Positions 1-9,749 of a DNA stretch of 36,967 nucleotides are shown here, one piece after another. The DNA lies in IMG/VR virus record IMGVR_UViG_2531839130_000014; one strand, written 5' to 3'. Position 1 is the first letter of the stretch. Each line of letters starts with the position of its first letter. The notes beneath the pieces were generated by a model. It was not told the DNA's origin. It ran no database searches and saw only the letters and a list, made by a program, of their open reading frames with translations. Origin of the DNA: a virus (taxonomy: Duplodnaviria; Heunggongvirae; Uroviricota; Caudoviricetes). Position numbers and translations under genes: made by a program.

Positions 1-1236
1 CTACGATAGCCGCGCATTCAACATGGCTACCTGTTCGTCGTTCATGTCATCAATCCACATACCGTAAATTTCATACACCATCTGCGCAGTTTCATGTCCC
101 ATCTGGCTGGCTATAAATGCCGGGTTCGCTCCTGCCGTCAACAGCCAGCAGGCAAAAGTATGCCGCGTATGGTACGGATTACGGCGGCGAATACCAGCAC
201 GTTTTACTGCTGCATTCCACCTTGCCCCCAAACTGCTTACCGAGTAATAAGGTTTCTGTTTTCCGTTACACACCCTGGGCATGAAAACAAAATGCAGTTT
301 TTGCTTTTCGGTTCTGCCGTACTCCCGATGATAAAAGGTGATTTCGCTTTTGCGATGATGCCCGGTCAGTTTGTATTGCTCCTTCAGTGCTTCAAGAGCA
401 GGCTGCAGTAATGTTACCGTCCGGATCCCGGCATTTGTTTTTGGGGGACCGAACATATCCAGTATCGTCAGGTTTCTTCTGACATTCACAGTTCCCTTCT
501 CGAAATCCACATCCTCCCACGCCAGAGCTGCCAGTTCCCCGTGACGAAGCCCGGAGTAAACGGCAAATTTCCACAAGTTCTGGCTCTGTCCTTTTTCACT
601 TTCCATTAATGCATTGAATTCTGTTCTAGATAACGGATCTGGCTTTATTCTGTTTCGCTGTAATTTTTTTACTCCTTCAAATGGTTTGTTTGATATAAAT
701 CCCGACTGATAAGCAAAACGTAACAAAGAACAGAGCAGGGCGATATAGTTATCAACTGTGCGCACTGTTCTTCCTTTTTTGTTAGATCTTGGATTATCCA
801 GGTAAAGCGTTTCTCCATGCAACAGTTCATTCCGGTAATTTAAGATATCGCTATAACGAATATGTGATATCGGGGTACTTTCAGAAATTATTATCCTGAG
901 TGTTTTTAATTGTGATTTCGTTTTCTTCATTGTGTTTGTTGTTAACTCTGTCTCTTTAATTTTTGCCCAGATATCACAAAGCTCCCCGAATGTTTTTATG
1001 ACCCTCGTTGTCACCATTTTTGCCCCAGTGCTGGACTGGGGAAAACGTCTTAAATACTCGAATTCGCCGGAATTGATTTCGTGAACTATCAACGCTCTTA
1101 AATTCCCGGCTTTTTTAATATTACTGTTAGTAACCTCCCAGCCTTTCAATGTTTCCCGACATCGTTTTCCTCGAAACATGAACCAGATGCGAATGTATTT
1201 ACCCCGAATCTCGACACCTGTTGGTAATTTAGACAT
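1..1236 (-). CDS. intR: Phage tyrosine integrase, Rac prophage IntR-like; complete 411 aa, stop codon at window positions 1-3
   Basis: 411-aa ORF whose N-terminus MSKLPTGVEIRGKYIRIWFMFRGKRCRETLKGWE matches recalled Rac IntR. The C-terminal region has tyrosine recombinase features (R..HxxR..Y region: NPYHTRHTFACWLLTAGANPAFIASQMGHETAQMVYEIYG). Confidence 0.9.
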   Translation of the reverse strand: MSKLPTGVEIRGKYIRIWFMFRGKRCRETLKGWEVTNSNIKKAGNLRALIVHEINSGEFEYLRRFPQSSTGAKMVTTRVIKTFGELCDIWAKIKETELTTNTMKKTKSQLKTLRIIISESTPISHIRYSDILNYRNELLHGETLYLDNPRSNKKGRTVRTVDNYIALLCSLLRFAYQSGFISNKPFEGVKKLQRNRIKPDPLSRTEFNALMESEKGQSQNLWKFAVYSGLRHGELAALAWEDVDFEKGTVNVRRNLTILDMFGPPKTNAGIRTVTLLQPALEALKEQYKLTGHHRKSEITFYHREYGRTEKQKLHFVFMPRVCNGKQKPYYSVSSLGARWNAAVKRAGIRRRNPYHTRHTFACWLLTAGANPAFIASQMGHETAQMVYEIYGMWIDDMNDEQVAMLNARLS

Positions 1237-1237
1237 A

Positions 1238-1453
1238 TCATGAGTCTTTGATAAACTGATTTATCTTCGGATAGTTGTACCAGATAATCCCTCGCTTGCT
1301 GTCTGGCTTACCTAAAGGAGATACTCGTTTGAAGTGAAAGCCTTCCACCCAGCAATTCTGACGGTATGCTTCAATTTGTCTGGCCCCCAGACCAGTACGA
1401 AGCATCAGACCGTATTCAACCATCCACTCTTCATTAAAAATCACTTGTGCCAT
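1238..1453 (-). CDS. ydaQ: Putative excisionase / DNA-binding protein (YdaQ/XisR-like), start taken at internal ATG ([10 protein letters not shown]...)
   Basis: Small ORF immediately upstream of the integrase on the same strand, the typical xis position. The listed ORF begins at a TTG at 1477; the ATG at 1453 is the more likely start. Confidence 0.55.
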   Translation of the reverse strand: MAQVIFNEEWMVEYGLMLRTGLGARQIEAYRQNCWVEGFHFKRVSPLGKPDSKRGIIWYNYPKINQFIKDS

Positions 1454-1552
1454 CGCATCACCTCTGGCGGGCGACAATATTAGACTGAAATTGACGCCCG
1501 ACGTTGATTATTAATAATCAGCTATGAAGTTTTAATTTGAATACAATGCAAC

Positions 1553-1741
1553 TCACGAGGACAGAAGTTTCTCGCAATTAAAATTTATCAGTTTTACTTT
1601 CTGCTCTCTGGAAACGCCTGCTTCTTTTTTCCCTGAGAGCATTTTTTCGCATTCTGATTTCGTTAATTTAGATTTTGAATATCTTGTCCAGTTAGTAGGT
1701 GTGCCACCTTCCTTTTCAATAGTGGCGGTAATTTTATACAT
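1553..1741 (-). CDS. Hypothetical small protein (YdaC-like by synteny)
   Basis: ORF between the excisionase-like gene and ralR. An ATG at 1739-1741 sits 2 nt upstream of the ralR stop; the longer listed ORF (to 1813) would overlap ralR by 80 nt. Confidence 0.4.
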   Translation of the reverse strand: MYKITATIEKEGGTPTNWTRYSKSKLTKSECEKMLSGKKEAGVSREQKVKLINFNCEKLLSS

Positions 1742-1928
1742 GAACACCTCCATTATTATTTCCAGTAGTTCGTTTATTCCATCTTGCAAGTGCTTCTTTT
1801 TCACTTCCACCATAACCGGTTCGGGATTCGCATCCGTTACACTTCGCTCGGTAATATCCTGAAATGGCTTTCACCGTTACTGATGGACAACCACAAAATG
1901 GACATGGTTTGACTTTTTCATACCGCAT
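1734..1928 (-). CDS. ralR: RalR (Lar) restriction-alleviation protein / type I toxin, small Cys-rich DNA-targeting protein
   Basis: Translation MRYEKVKPCPFCGCPSVTVKAISGYYRAKCNGCESRTGYGGSEKEALARWNKRTTGNNNGGVHV closely matches recalled Rac RalR, in the expected position upstream of recT. Confidence 0.75.
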   Translation of the reverse strand: MRYEKVKPCPFCGCPSVTVKAISGYYRAKCNGCESRTGYGGSEKEALARWNKRTTGNNNGGVHV

Positions 1929-1991
1929 TGTCTTTTCTCTCATAAAATAAAGTTTTGTTATGGCGGTGAGGCTACACCGCCATAGTAAATA

Positions 1992-3044
1992 TCAGGAGCC
2001 GATATATTCTGGTTTCATATCTGTCAGTGTCGTTTTATACGCCTCATATAATTCTCCCAGATGTGGTCGTGCAGCATTCAGCGTATTTTCCAGAGCAGTA
2101 AATTTTTGTTCTGCTTCCGGATCACCTGATGAAGGCAGGTCATTTATCATCTTCTCAATACGGGCAATAGCATTGAGACGGTGATGACGCTGAACCACTT
2201 TTCCTTTAAGTTCCGTATAGAGAGCGCCAAGTGTATTTTTATGCTCTTCCACTTCCTGCCGAAGTGCTGTTGTTTCTTCGGTGCTTTGTGCCTGCTCAAT
2301 ACGTTCACGGAAAGCACTGATCCAGTTTTCCCCGGCATCCTGCTCAATAATTGTTGTTTCACGTTCCGTACGGCAGGCGGATGTGTTTTTATGTTCCTGA
2401 ACCGGATTAATGATTTTTTCCTGTGGTTCGTCCAGTTCGTCCCGGGTGTACACTCCAAGAATCACTTCAGGGCTATAAAGGCGCGCCCAGCGTTTCAGTG
2501 CCAGATAGGCAAGCTGCTGACGAGGATCATCGGCCCATAACGTTGAGTTACGTGTTCTGGCCTGCGCCAGAAGTAACTCCAGTATGCGTGGTTTGCTCTC
2601 TCCGCGTAGTGTTGCCTGGACGCGAACTCCGATCCCGTTTTCATCTGCCAGCTTCCAGCCAGGTACACGATATTCTTTCCCTTTGTCGTTCTTCCTGATT
2701 TCAAATTTCCCGATAATTTTTTCCCACGGCCCGAACCAGTCATATTCAATACGCCCGGTTAGCGGCCCACGAGTACTGATTACGGCATTAACCAGTTGCG
2801 CTTCATATCCGAGCACACCATTCACAACGAAAGTTTTCTGAGCTACTGCGTAAGGATTCATTTGCCACTGCATCGCCTGCATGGTGATGGCCATGCAGTC
2901 TGATGGATTTCCTCGGAGGTGTTCCGGTACAGTAGCCATGCCGGAAGCCATTACCTGAGAAAACGTCTGAATTGCAGCCAGAGACTGAGGGCTGAACACC
3001 GCAACATTAGAGTTAATATTTTCTTGTTGAGTTAATTCGTTCAT
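1992..3044 (-). CDS. Putative phage single-strand annealing protein (RecT/Red-beta superfamily), not the K-12 RecT allele
   Basis: 350-aa ORF directly downstream of the exonuclease gene on the same strand (recE-recT-type operon). Start at 3044 is preceded by GAGGAAGGA. The central region (NPYAVAQKTFVVNGVLGYEAQLVNAVI...) resembles the annealing-protein core; family assignment is by context and pattern, not a search. Confidence 0.5.
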   Translation of the reverse strand: MNELTQQENINSNVAVFSPQSLAAIQTFSQVMASGMATVPEHLRGNPSDCMAITMQAMQWQMNPYAVAQKTFVVNGVLGYEAQLVNAVISTRGPLTGRIEYDWFGPWEKIIGKFEIRKNDKGKEYRVPGWKLADENGIGVRVQATLRGESKPRILELLLAQARTRNSTLWADDPRQQLAYLALKRWARLYSPEVILGVYTRDELDEPQEKIINPVQEHKNTSACRTERETTIIEQDAGENWISAFRERIEQAQSTEETTALRQEVEEHKNTLGALYTELKGKVVQRHHRLNAIARIEKMINDLPSSGDPEAEQKFTALENTLNAARPHLGELYEAYKTTLTDMKPEYIGS

Positions 3045-3055
3045 TGTGTCCTTCC

Positions 3056-4728
3056 TCAGATGCTCAGTGCTTCAAGACGGCGAAGATCAAAGTCGTTTAA
3101 TTCGTCGGTATAACTTTCGGTAATCGGTGCTGGCCAGTTGTTTGTCTCCAGCGCTTCGTTTATCTGTCGTAGCGTCCGGCGATATTCCTGTCGACCAAGT
3201 TCCAGGAGTTCCTGCGAGGCTTCCACGACTGCCACCCAGTGATAGCCAGCATCTTTGTTGACGAAGATCCAGAAAAATTTGTCCAGGTTTGCCACATCGC
3301 AATACATTGCGGCGCTGAGGTGATAATCACGCTCAATAATTTCACGGTGCAGGCGATCTTTAAGTCGTTCCTGCCGCACATAACCGAGGCTGACTGACTT
3401 CACGTCAGCGCAAATGCTTTCGTATGGCAGCCGGATTTCGATATCAGGACGGACCCTAATTTCCAGCCCGGTTTCTTCATCAAACCCGAAATAGCTGATT
3501 TCAGATTTGCGATCCGGGTGGTTGAGTAGCCTTGCTGCATCGGTATTGTTTTGCAGTGCCGCGTGAATATTTTTTGCCTGTTCATACATATCCGGACTGA
3601 TAAACGTTTTCCCGGCGTTTTCTTCTTGCTGGCGTTTTTGCCAGTCCTCCAGTGTCACCAGGTCCGGGCGAATTTTCCGTGCGATTTCGGTTAATTGCTC
3701 TTTTGTGCCACTGATGTTGTAAGGCAAAGATTTAGCACGTTCTTTTTTTGCCAGTTCTGGGTCTACAGTTTCAATTTGATCCAGAAGCTGCTCCCGTGCT
3801 CCACTGGTTTTCAACAGAGGAGGGAGGCTTGCGTTGTATTCTTTAATACAGGCTTTCATTGCTGATGCTGTGTGTTTTTCCCCCTCAGGAATACGCCGAA
3901 ATTCCTCCGGAAGCGAACCGTAAAGGATGCCTGTTTCTTCGGCCCCAGCGCTTACCGACAGTGGCTGTATAAGAGTGCTGTTGTAGCTTTCGATCCACTC
4001 TTTCATCTGCTCTGGTGTCATCAGTGATGGCAGACTGGCATTATGTTTTTTAATGATGGTGATCAGTTCGTTAGAAGTAGTAACCACATATTCAGGAACC
4101 GGTACCGGAATGGCATATTCATCAGCGAATTTATCCGTTTCCAGAACATAGCTGTGAATGATCCGCCCACGCAGCAATGCATCACTTTCCTCGTTCGGGA
4201 TAGTTCCGGCAATGTGCCGCCCGTGGTAATACATCAGACTGATGCGGGCATCCTTCAGCATTGTGCTGCTTATTCCGTTGGCGGAGTGATAAACCTCGTT
4301 CGGGAGGTTTTCATAGCGACCAGGCTCGAAATATGACGGCCACATGATTTCAGTTGCTACATGAGCTGACGCTTCACCAGTTTCATCACTGCAATCGTGA
4401 TGCGGATGGTTGCCAGCGTTCTCCTTGTGCGGATGTTCAGCGCCTTCCATTTCCTCCGGATCTTTTTCCTGAGATTCATCCAGATTTTCTCCATCGAATG
4501 TTTCCTGGTATGTTGCGTCGCCCATCACCGCACCACAGTCAGGGCAGTTATCCCCGCCAGTCTGACCGCAGGCATTGCAGACTATTTCCGGTTCCCGTTG
4601 CACTACTGGCTCAGGTTGTTTCACATCCTGACTGGTTTTTTCCGTTTCTGGCTGGTTCTGGTTCACAGAATCGCGAGTCTGGATCCCCTTAAACCATTTC
4701 GGATCGTTCGGGTCGCTAATTCCGTCAA
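3056..4728 (-). pseudogene. RecE-like PD-(D/E)XK exonuclease (exodeoxyribonuclease VIII family), C-terminal 557 codons; 5' part apparently removed by the Mu-like insertion
   Basis: The frame is open from the stop at 3056 right up to the Mu-like end at 4729 with no ATG in the first ~70 flanking codons. The first four codons of the listed ORF (GTG start at 4741) are Mu-end sequence, and the next in-frame stop upstream lies inside Mu DNA (4775-4777). Nuclease-like motifs are present (EVYHSANGISSTMLKD, PDIEIR...ADVKS) plus a CxxC...CxxC cluster. Confidence 0.55.
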
Positions 4729-4900
4729 TGTATTGATTCACTTGAAGTACGAAAAAAACCGGGAGGACATTGGATTATTCGGGATTTGGCGGGATTAGAT
4801 TTAGTGGGGCTTGCAAGCCTGTAGGACAGATTTTAGCCGTTACATCTTGAAACGCGAAAGATTGTTGGAAACAGCTTTTGATTCATTAAAGACACGAAAA
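4729..4900. repeat. Mu-type left end (attL) with transposase-binding end sites (L1 at about 4733-4755; further consensus-like sites near 4826-4850 and 4879-4900)
   Basis: Matches to the MuA end-site consensus TGNTTCAYTNNAARYRCGAAAR: TGATTCACTTGAAGTACGAAAAA at the terminus and TGATTCATTAAAGACACGAAAA at 4879-4900. The 5 bp flanking the end (4724-4728, GTCAA) fit the Mu target consensus N-Y-S-R-N. Confidence 0.8.
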
Positions 4901-5067
4901 GCAATTACTTCACGCATCATTTCAAGTACAGCTTCAAAAATGCTTCAAAAACGGTAACAACCAGGCTTTCAGCAAGTGATGTGTGTCAAAAACAATCATC
5001 ACTGTTTGGGTATCTTACATATGTAATTGCCTGGAGTGAAGTTTATGTCTTAGCTATTACCTGGTTG

Positions 5068-5592
5068 TTATACAGCTTTCTTTACATCGTTTTCTCTTAC
5101 AGGGAAATTATGTTCTTTGCCTTCATACTGAGACAAAATCTCTCTCACTTTTTCCGGTGGTAATGCCTGAAGAGTTTGCAGGGTTTTCTGTTGCTCCACA
5201 GTAATCCCTAATGCCTCTAATGCCTTATCTTTACTGACAATTGTAGGCATAAGTCCTTTAATCCCTGCCACACGAATGATCTCCACAGCTGCGGCCTGCT
5301 CATCTGGTGTTAAGAAGCTCATTGCATAAATTAGCCTCTCATCAACTGTATGGGCGATTGATGTATGCACTGGTTTATCAGAAAGTGAGGCTCCTTTAAT
5401 GGCCCTGCGTGTTTCTTCTGGCAGACTGTTGATGTGATACTCATAAGCGACACCTTTCCCACCGTGACGCTGACGTTTTACCCAATCTTCCGCCACAGCT
5501 TTCCTGGTAATGTTAGTCGCCAACTTTGGTACACCAGGCATCCCTTCCAGCTCTTTCGCATTAAACCATTCTTTGATTTCAAAAGACATCAT
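5068..5592 (-). CDS. c: Mu-type lysogenic repressor (c / Repc-like)
   Basis: Leftward 174-aa ORF next to the left end. Its N-terminus ([60 protein letters not shown]) is clearly homologous to the N-terminus of the adjacent transposase ([59 protein letters not shown]), the known Mu repressor/MuA enhancer-binding relationship. Confidence 0.85.
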   Translation of the reverse strand: MMSFEIKEWFNAKELEGMPGVPKLATNITRKAVAEDWVKRQRHGGKGVAYEYHINSLPEETRRAIKGASLSDKPVHTSIAHTVDERLIYAMSFLTPDEQAAAVEIIRVAGIKGLMPTIVSKDKALEALGITVEQQKTLQTLQALPPEKVREILSQYEGKEHNFPVRENDVKKAV

Positions 5593-5777
5593 TTAAAATC
5601 CTAGTGATTTCAATAGAGACAAAATAAATTCATATAAAAATCATGCTGTTATATGAAATCATGGCAAATCCTTTCAAATCACTATTGATTTGAAAGTGAT
5701 TCCACACTACATTGCACGATATGCCGTGAGCTACTTTATAGCGTAGCTCGCGGGGGAATCTGAAAGGATTACATGAA
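5593..5777. promoter_or_regulatory. Divergent early control region: operators, Pe/Pc promoters and expected transpositional enhancer (IAS)
   Basis: 185-bp AT-rich spacer between divergent c and ner. Perfect 11-4-11 palindrome CTTTCAAATCA-CTAT-TGATTTGAAAG at 5671-5696; related half-sites TGATTTCAA at about 5602 and AATCCTTTCA / TGAAAGGATT at 5667 and 5762. It lies about 0.86-1.05 kb from the left end, as in Mu. Confidence 0.6.
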
Positions 5778-5999
5778 ATGCATATGAATAAAAGAACTAA
5801 CCGCCAAGATTGGCACAGAGCTGACATCGTTGCAGAGCTACGAAAACGCAATATGTCACTAGCTGAATTGGGAAGATCTAATCATCTTTCGTCTTCAACA
5901 TTAAAAAATGCTTTGGATAAGAGATATCCGAAAGCGGAGAAAATCATTGCAGATGCACTGGGAATGACACCGCAAGATATTTGGCCGTCTCGATACTAG
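5778..5999 (+). CDS. ner: Ner, DNA-binding negative regulator of early transcription
   Basis: 73-aa ORF with ...[23 protein letters not shown]...[24 protein letters not shown], matching the Ner family signature, immediately upstream of the transposase. Confidence 0.85.
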
Positions 6000-6006
6000 G
6001 TGCGCT

Positions 6007-7995
6007 ATGAAAGAATGGTATACAGCAAAAGAGTTGCTCGGTTTGGCAGGTTTACCAAAGCAAGCCACTAACATTACACGTAAGGCACAAAGAGAAGGCT
6101 GGGAGTTCAGACAGGTTGCAGGGACTAAAGGTGTATCATTTGAATTCAATATCAAATCATTCCCTGTCGCATTACGTGCTGAAATTCTGTTGCAACAAGG
6201 GAGAATTGAAACAAGCCTGGGCCGTTTTGAAATCGCCCGCCCCACGCTGGAAGCCCATGATTATGATCGTGAGGTGCTGTGGAGCAAATGGGATAAAGCC
6301 AGCGATTCCCAGCGCAGACTTGCTGAAAAATGGTTGCCTGCGGTTCAGGCTGCAGACGAAATGCTGAACCAGGGGATTTCAACGAAAACGGCTTTTGCGA
6401 CCGTTGCAGGGCATTACCAGGTCAGCGCATCCACTTTGCGGGACAAGTATTACCAGGTACAGAAGTTTGCGAAGCCTGACTGGGCGGCTGCACTTGTTGA
6501 TGGACGTGGTGCATCCCGTCGCAATGTTCACAAAAGTGAATTTGACGAGGATGCCTGGCAGTTTCTGATTGCAGATTATCTGCGACCGGAAAAACCCGCC
6601 TTCCGCAAATGTTATGAGCGTCTGGAACTGGCAGCCCGCGAGCATGGCTGGAGTATTCCCTCCCGTGCCACGGCCTTTCGCCGGATTCAGCAACTGGACG
6701 AGGCAATGGTTGTTGCCTGTCGTGAAGGTGAACATGCACTGATGCATCTGATACCGGCACAGCAGCGAACTGTGGAACACCTGGACGCCATGCAGTGGAT
6801 CAACGGCGACGGTTATCTGCATAACGTCTTTGTACGCTGGTTTAACGGTGATGTGATCCGCCCGAAAACATGGTTCTGGCAGGATGTGAAAACCCGAAAA
6901 ATTCTGGGCTGGCGCTGCGATGTGAGCGAGAACATTGATTCAATTCGCCTCTCGTTCATGGATGTTGTGACTCGCTACGGTATCCCGGAGGATTTTCACA
7001 TCACCATTGATAACACCCGTGGTGCTGCGAATAAATGGCTGACGGGAGGCGCGCCCAATCGCTACCGCTTTAAGGTGAAAGAAGACGATCCAAAGGGATT
7101 GTTTTTACTGATGGGTGCGAAAATGCACTGGACAAGCGTTGTTGCCGGTAAAGGCTGGGGCCAGGCAAAACCTGTTGAACGTGCTTTCGGTGTTGGTGGG
7201 CTTGAGGAATACGTTGATAAGCATCCGGCACTGGCTGGCGCATATACGGGGCCAAATCCGCAGGCAAAACCTGATAACTATGGCAACCGCGCTGTTGATG
7301 CAGAGCTGTTTCTGAAAAACCTTGCCGAAGGTGTGGCGATGTTCAATGCCAGAACAGGCCGTGAAACAGAAATGTGCGGGGGCAAACTCTCGTTTGATGA
7401 TGTTTTCGAGCGTGAATACGCCAGAACGATTGTGCGTAAGCCAACCGAAGAACAAAAACGGATGCTGTTACTGCCTGCCGAGGCGGTGAACGTTTCACGC
7501 AAAGGCGAGTTTACGCTTAAAGTTGGCGGCTCCCTTAAAGGCGCGAAAAACGTTTATTACAACATGGCATTAATGAATGCCGGCGTGAAAAAAGTTGTGG
7601 TCAGGTTTGATCCGCAGCAGCTACACAGCACGGTTTATTGTTACACCCTGGACGGTCGGTTTATCTGTGAAGCGGAATGTCTGGCACCTGTTGCGTTTAA
7701 TGATGCTGCGGCAGGCCGTGAATATCGCCGCCGCCAGAAACAACTGAAATCTGCGACGAAAGCAGCGATTAAGGCACAGAAACAAATGGATGCACTGGAA
7801 GTGGCAGAGCTGCTGCCGCAGATAGCCGAACCTGAAGCACCAGAATCACGAATTGTCGGCATTTTCCGGCCTTCCGGTAATACGGAACGGGTGAAGAATC
7901 AGGAGCGTGATGATGAATACGAAACTGAGCGTGATGAATATCTGAATCATTCGCTGGATATTCTGGAACAGAACAGACGTAAAAAAGCCATTTAA
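6007..7995 (+). CDS. A: MuA-type DDE transposase
   Basis: 662-aa ORF (Mu A is about 663 aa). It has the repressor-like N-terminal DNA-binding domain, a central catalytic region and a basic C-terminal tail, in the Mu position after ner. Confidence 0.93.
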
Positions 7996-8033
7996 TTAAC
8001 GTTTAAACAAAATTTAATTACGAGGTTATTCAG

Positions 8034-8972
8034 ATGAATATTTCCGATATTCGCGCAGGACTGCGCACGCTTGTAGAAAATGAAGAAACCACCTTTAAAC
8101 AAATTGCTCTTGAGAGCGGACTTTCTACCGGAACTATCAGTAGTTTTATCAATGATAAGTACAACGGGGATAACGAGCGTGTTTCACAAATGCTGCAACG
8201 CTGGCTGGAAAAATATCATGCAGTTGCAGAACTACCTGAACCGCCCCGCTTTGTGGAAACGCAGACGGTAAAACAAATCTGGACAAGTATGCGTTTTGCC
8301 AGCCTGACTGAAAGTATTGCTGTTGTATGTGGCAATCCTGGTGTGGGCAAAACCGAAGCGGCCCGTGAATATCGCCGCACCAATAACAATGTCTGGATGA
8401 TCACCATTACGCCATCCTGCGCCAGTGTTCTGGAATGTCTTACTGAACTGGCGTTTGAGCTGGGAATGAATGACGCACCACGCCGTAAAGGGCCACTTTC
8501 CCGTGCCCTGCGACGTCGCCTTGAAGGTACACAGGGGCTGGTTATCATCGACGAAGCTGATCATCTTGGTGCCGAAGTTCTGGAAGAACTCCGCCTGTTA
8601 CAGGAATCAACCCGCACTGGCCTTGTGCTGATGGGAAATCACCGGGTTTATTCAAATATGACGGGGGGTAACAGAACGGTTGAATTTGCCCGTCTGTTTT
8701 CCCGTATTGCAAAGCGCACTGCAATTAATAAAACAAAAAAAGCCGATGTAAAAGCTATTGCGGATGCCTGGCAGATTAACGGCGAAAATGAACTGGAGTT
8801 ATTACAGCAGATTGCGCAGAAACCAGGTGCGCTTCGCATTCTGAATCATTCACTTCGCCTTGCCGCCATGACGGCTCACGGTAAAGGTGAGCGTGTTAAC
8901 GAAGATTATCTGCGTCAGGCTTTCCGTGAATTAGACCTGGACGTTGATATTTCAACGCTGCTGCGTAATTAA
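8034..8972 (+). CDS. B: MuB-type AAA+ ATPase, transposition target-DNA activator
   Basis: 312-aa ORF with Walker A GNPGVGKTEA and Walker B-like LVIIDEADHL. N-terminus MNISDIRAGLRTLVENEETTFKQIALESGLSTG matches recalled Mu B. Confidence 0.9.
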   Translation: MNISDIRAGLRTLVENEETTFKQIALESGLSTGTISSFINDKYNGDNERVSQMLQRWLEKYHAVAELPEPPRFVETQTVKQIWTSMRFASLTESIAVVCGNPGVGKTEAAREYRRTNNNVWMITITPSCASVLECLTELAFELGMNDAPRRKGPLSRALRRRLEGTQGLVIIDEADHLGAEVLEELRLLQESTRTGLVLMGNHRVYSNMTGGNRTVEFARLFSRIAKRTAINKTKKADVKAIADAWQINGENELELLQQIAQKPGALRILNHSLRLAAMTAHGKGERVNEDYLRQAFRELDLDVDISTLLRN

Positions 8973-8987
8973 GAAGGAGAAGAAATT

Positions 8988-9215
8988 ATGATGGCCCGAA
9001 ATATAAAAATGGCAACGGATGCGCAGAACTGGTTACAGGCGCGCGGGAGTCATGTAAATGAATCATATCTCGGCGTGGCGCGTCCGATTCTTGAAATCAC
9101 TTACCCACCGGTGGAACTGGTAAAAAACGCGGTCAGGATTATGGAGCATAAGTCCGGGGTGGCCCGTTCTGTATGGACGGCCCGTCTTAATGGTTGTCAG
9201 ATTATCTGGAGATAA
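8988..9215 (+). CDS. Small early protein in the kil position (Kil-like by synteny only)
   Basis: 75-aa ORF directly after B with AAGGAGAAG upstream. Mu encodes the 74-aa Kil at this position; no sequence-level recognition. Confidence 0.35.
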
Positions 9216-9217
9216 CG

Positions 9218-9439
9218 ATGTGTATTAAAGCTGAAAAATATATTGAATGGGTTAAACACTGTCAGTGCCACGGGGTGCCGCTGACGACATATAAATGCCC
9301 CGGATGCGGTGAACAGATTATGACGCAATGCTCACACGAAAAGGAAATTTGGGATTCCCTGACATGTTGTCCGTGGTGCAGCGCAGTTTTCTTTAAGCAG
9401 GTAAAAGGCGCGAAGGTAAAAGCCAGCGCAGTTATTTAG
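9218..9439 (+). CDS. Hypothetical Cys-rich (zinc-binding-like) early protein
   Basis: ORF with CxC...CPGCGEQ...CCPWC pattern. Start chosen at the internal ATG after GGAGATAACG; the longer listed ORF would overlap the upstream gene. Confidence 0.4.
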   Translation: MCIKAEKYIEWVKHCQCHGVPLTTYKCPGCGEQIMTQCSHEKEIWDSLTCCPWCSAVFFKQVKGAKVKASAVI

Positions 9440-9459
9440 AATCAATAAGGAGAAGAAAA

Positions 9460-9729
9460 ATGGCAAAAGTAATCTTTGAATTTAACAATACAAGAAATAT
9501 TGAGTTTCAGGAAAATGGAGGTTTTGCCGTAAATATGAATGTGCGACTGGAAGAATCCTCACCTGAGGACCAGACCGGGCCACATGATGTAATGGCAGGC
9601 ATCATCAAGAGCATGGCTCCTGAAATCATTAAAAAAGCGACCGAGGAGTTGTTGAAATCAGCCAGGGAGCTTGGGCTGGAAGCCGAGGGGGAATTATTCA
9701 GCTATAACCCGAATACAGCCAGACATTAA
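9460..9729 (+). CDS. Hypothetical early protein
   Basis: 89-aa ORF with AAGGAGAAG about 8 nt upstream, co-oriented in the early operon. Confidence 0.5.
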   Translation: MAKVIFEFNNTRNIEFQENGGFAVNMNVRLEESSPEDQTGPHDVMAGIIKSMAPEIIKKATEELLKSARELGLEAEGELFSYNPNTARH

Positions 9730-9749
9730 TTCGCAAAGGAACGCTGACA

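Larger units (their letters stand above)
1..4728. mobile_element. Rac-like lambdoid prophage segment (integrase end), truncated on the right by insertion of a Mu-like phage
   Basis: Minus-strand gene order int - excisionase-like - small ORF - ralR - annealing protein - exonuclease matches the Rac prophage intR-ydaQ-ydaC-ralR-recT-recE layout as recalled. The region looks more AT-rich than the downstream Mu-like DNA by eye. Confidence 0.7.

Noticed and set aside
4043-4798. Plus-strand ORFs (97-133 aa) overlapping the recE-like fragment and the Mu end
   Set aside because: Antisense to the exonuclease reading frame, no RBS noticed; one spans the prophage junction, which a real gene would not.
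6379-6822. Minus-strand ORFs inside the transposase gene
   Set aside because: Antisense to the clearly recognisable MuA coding sequence.
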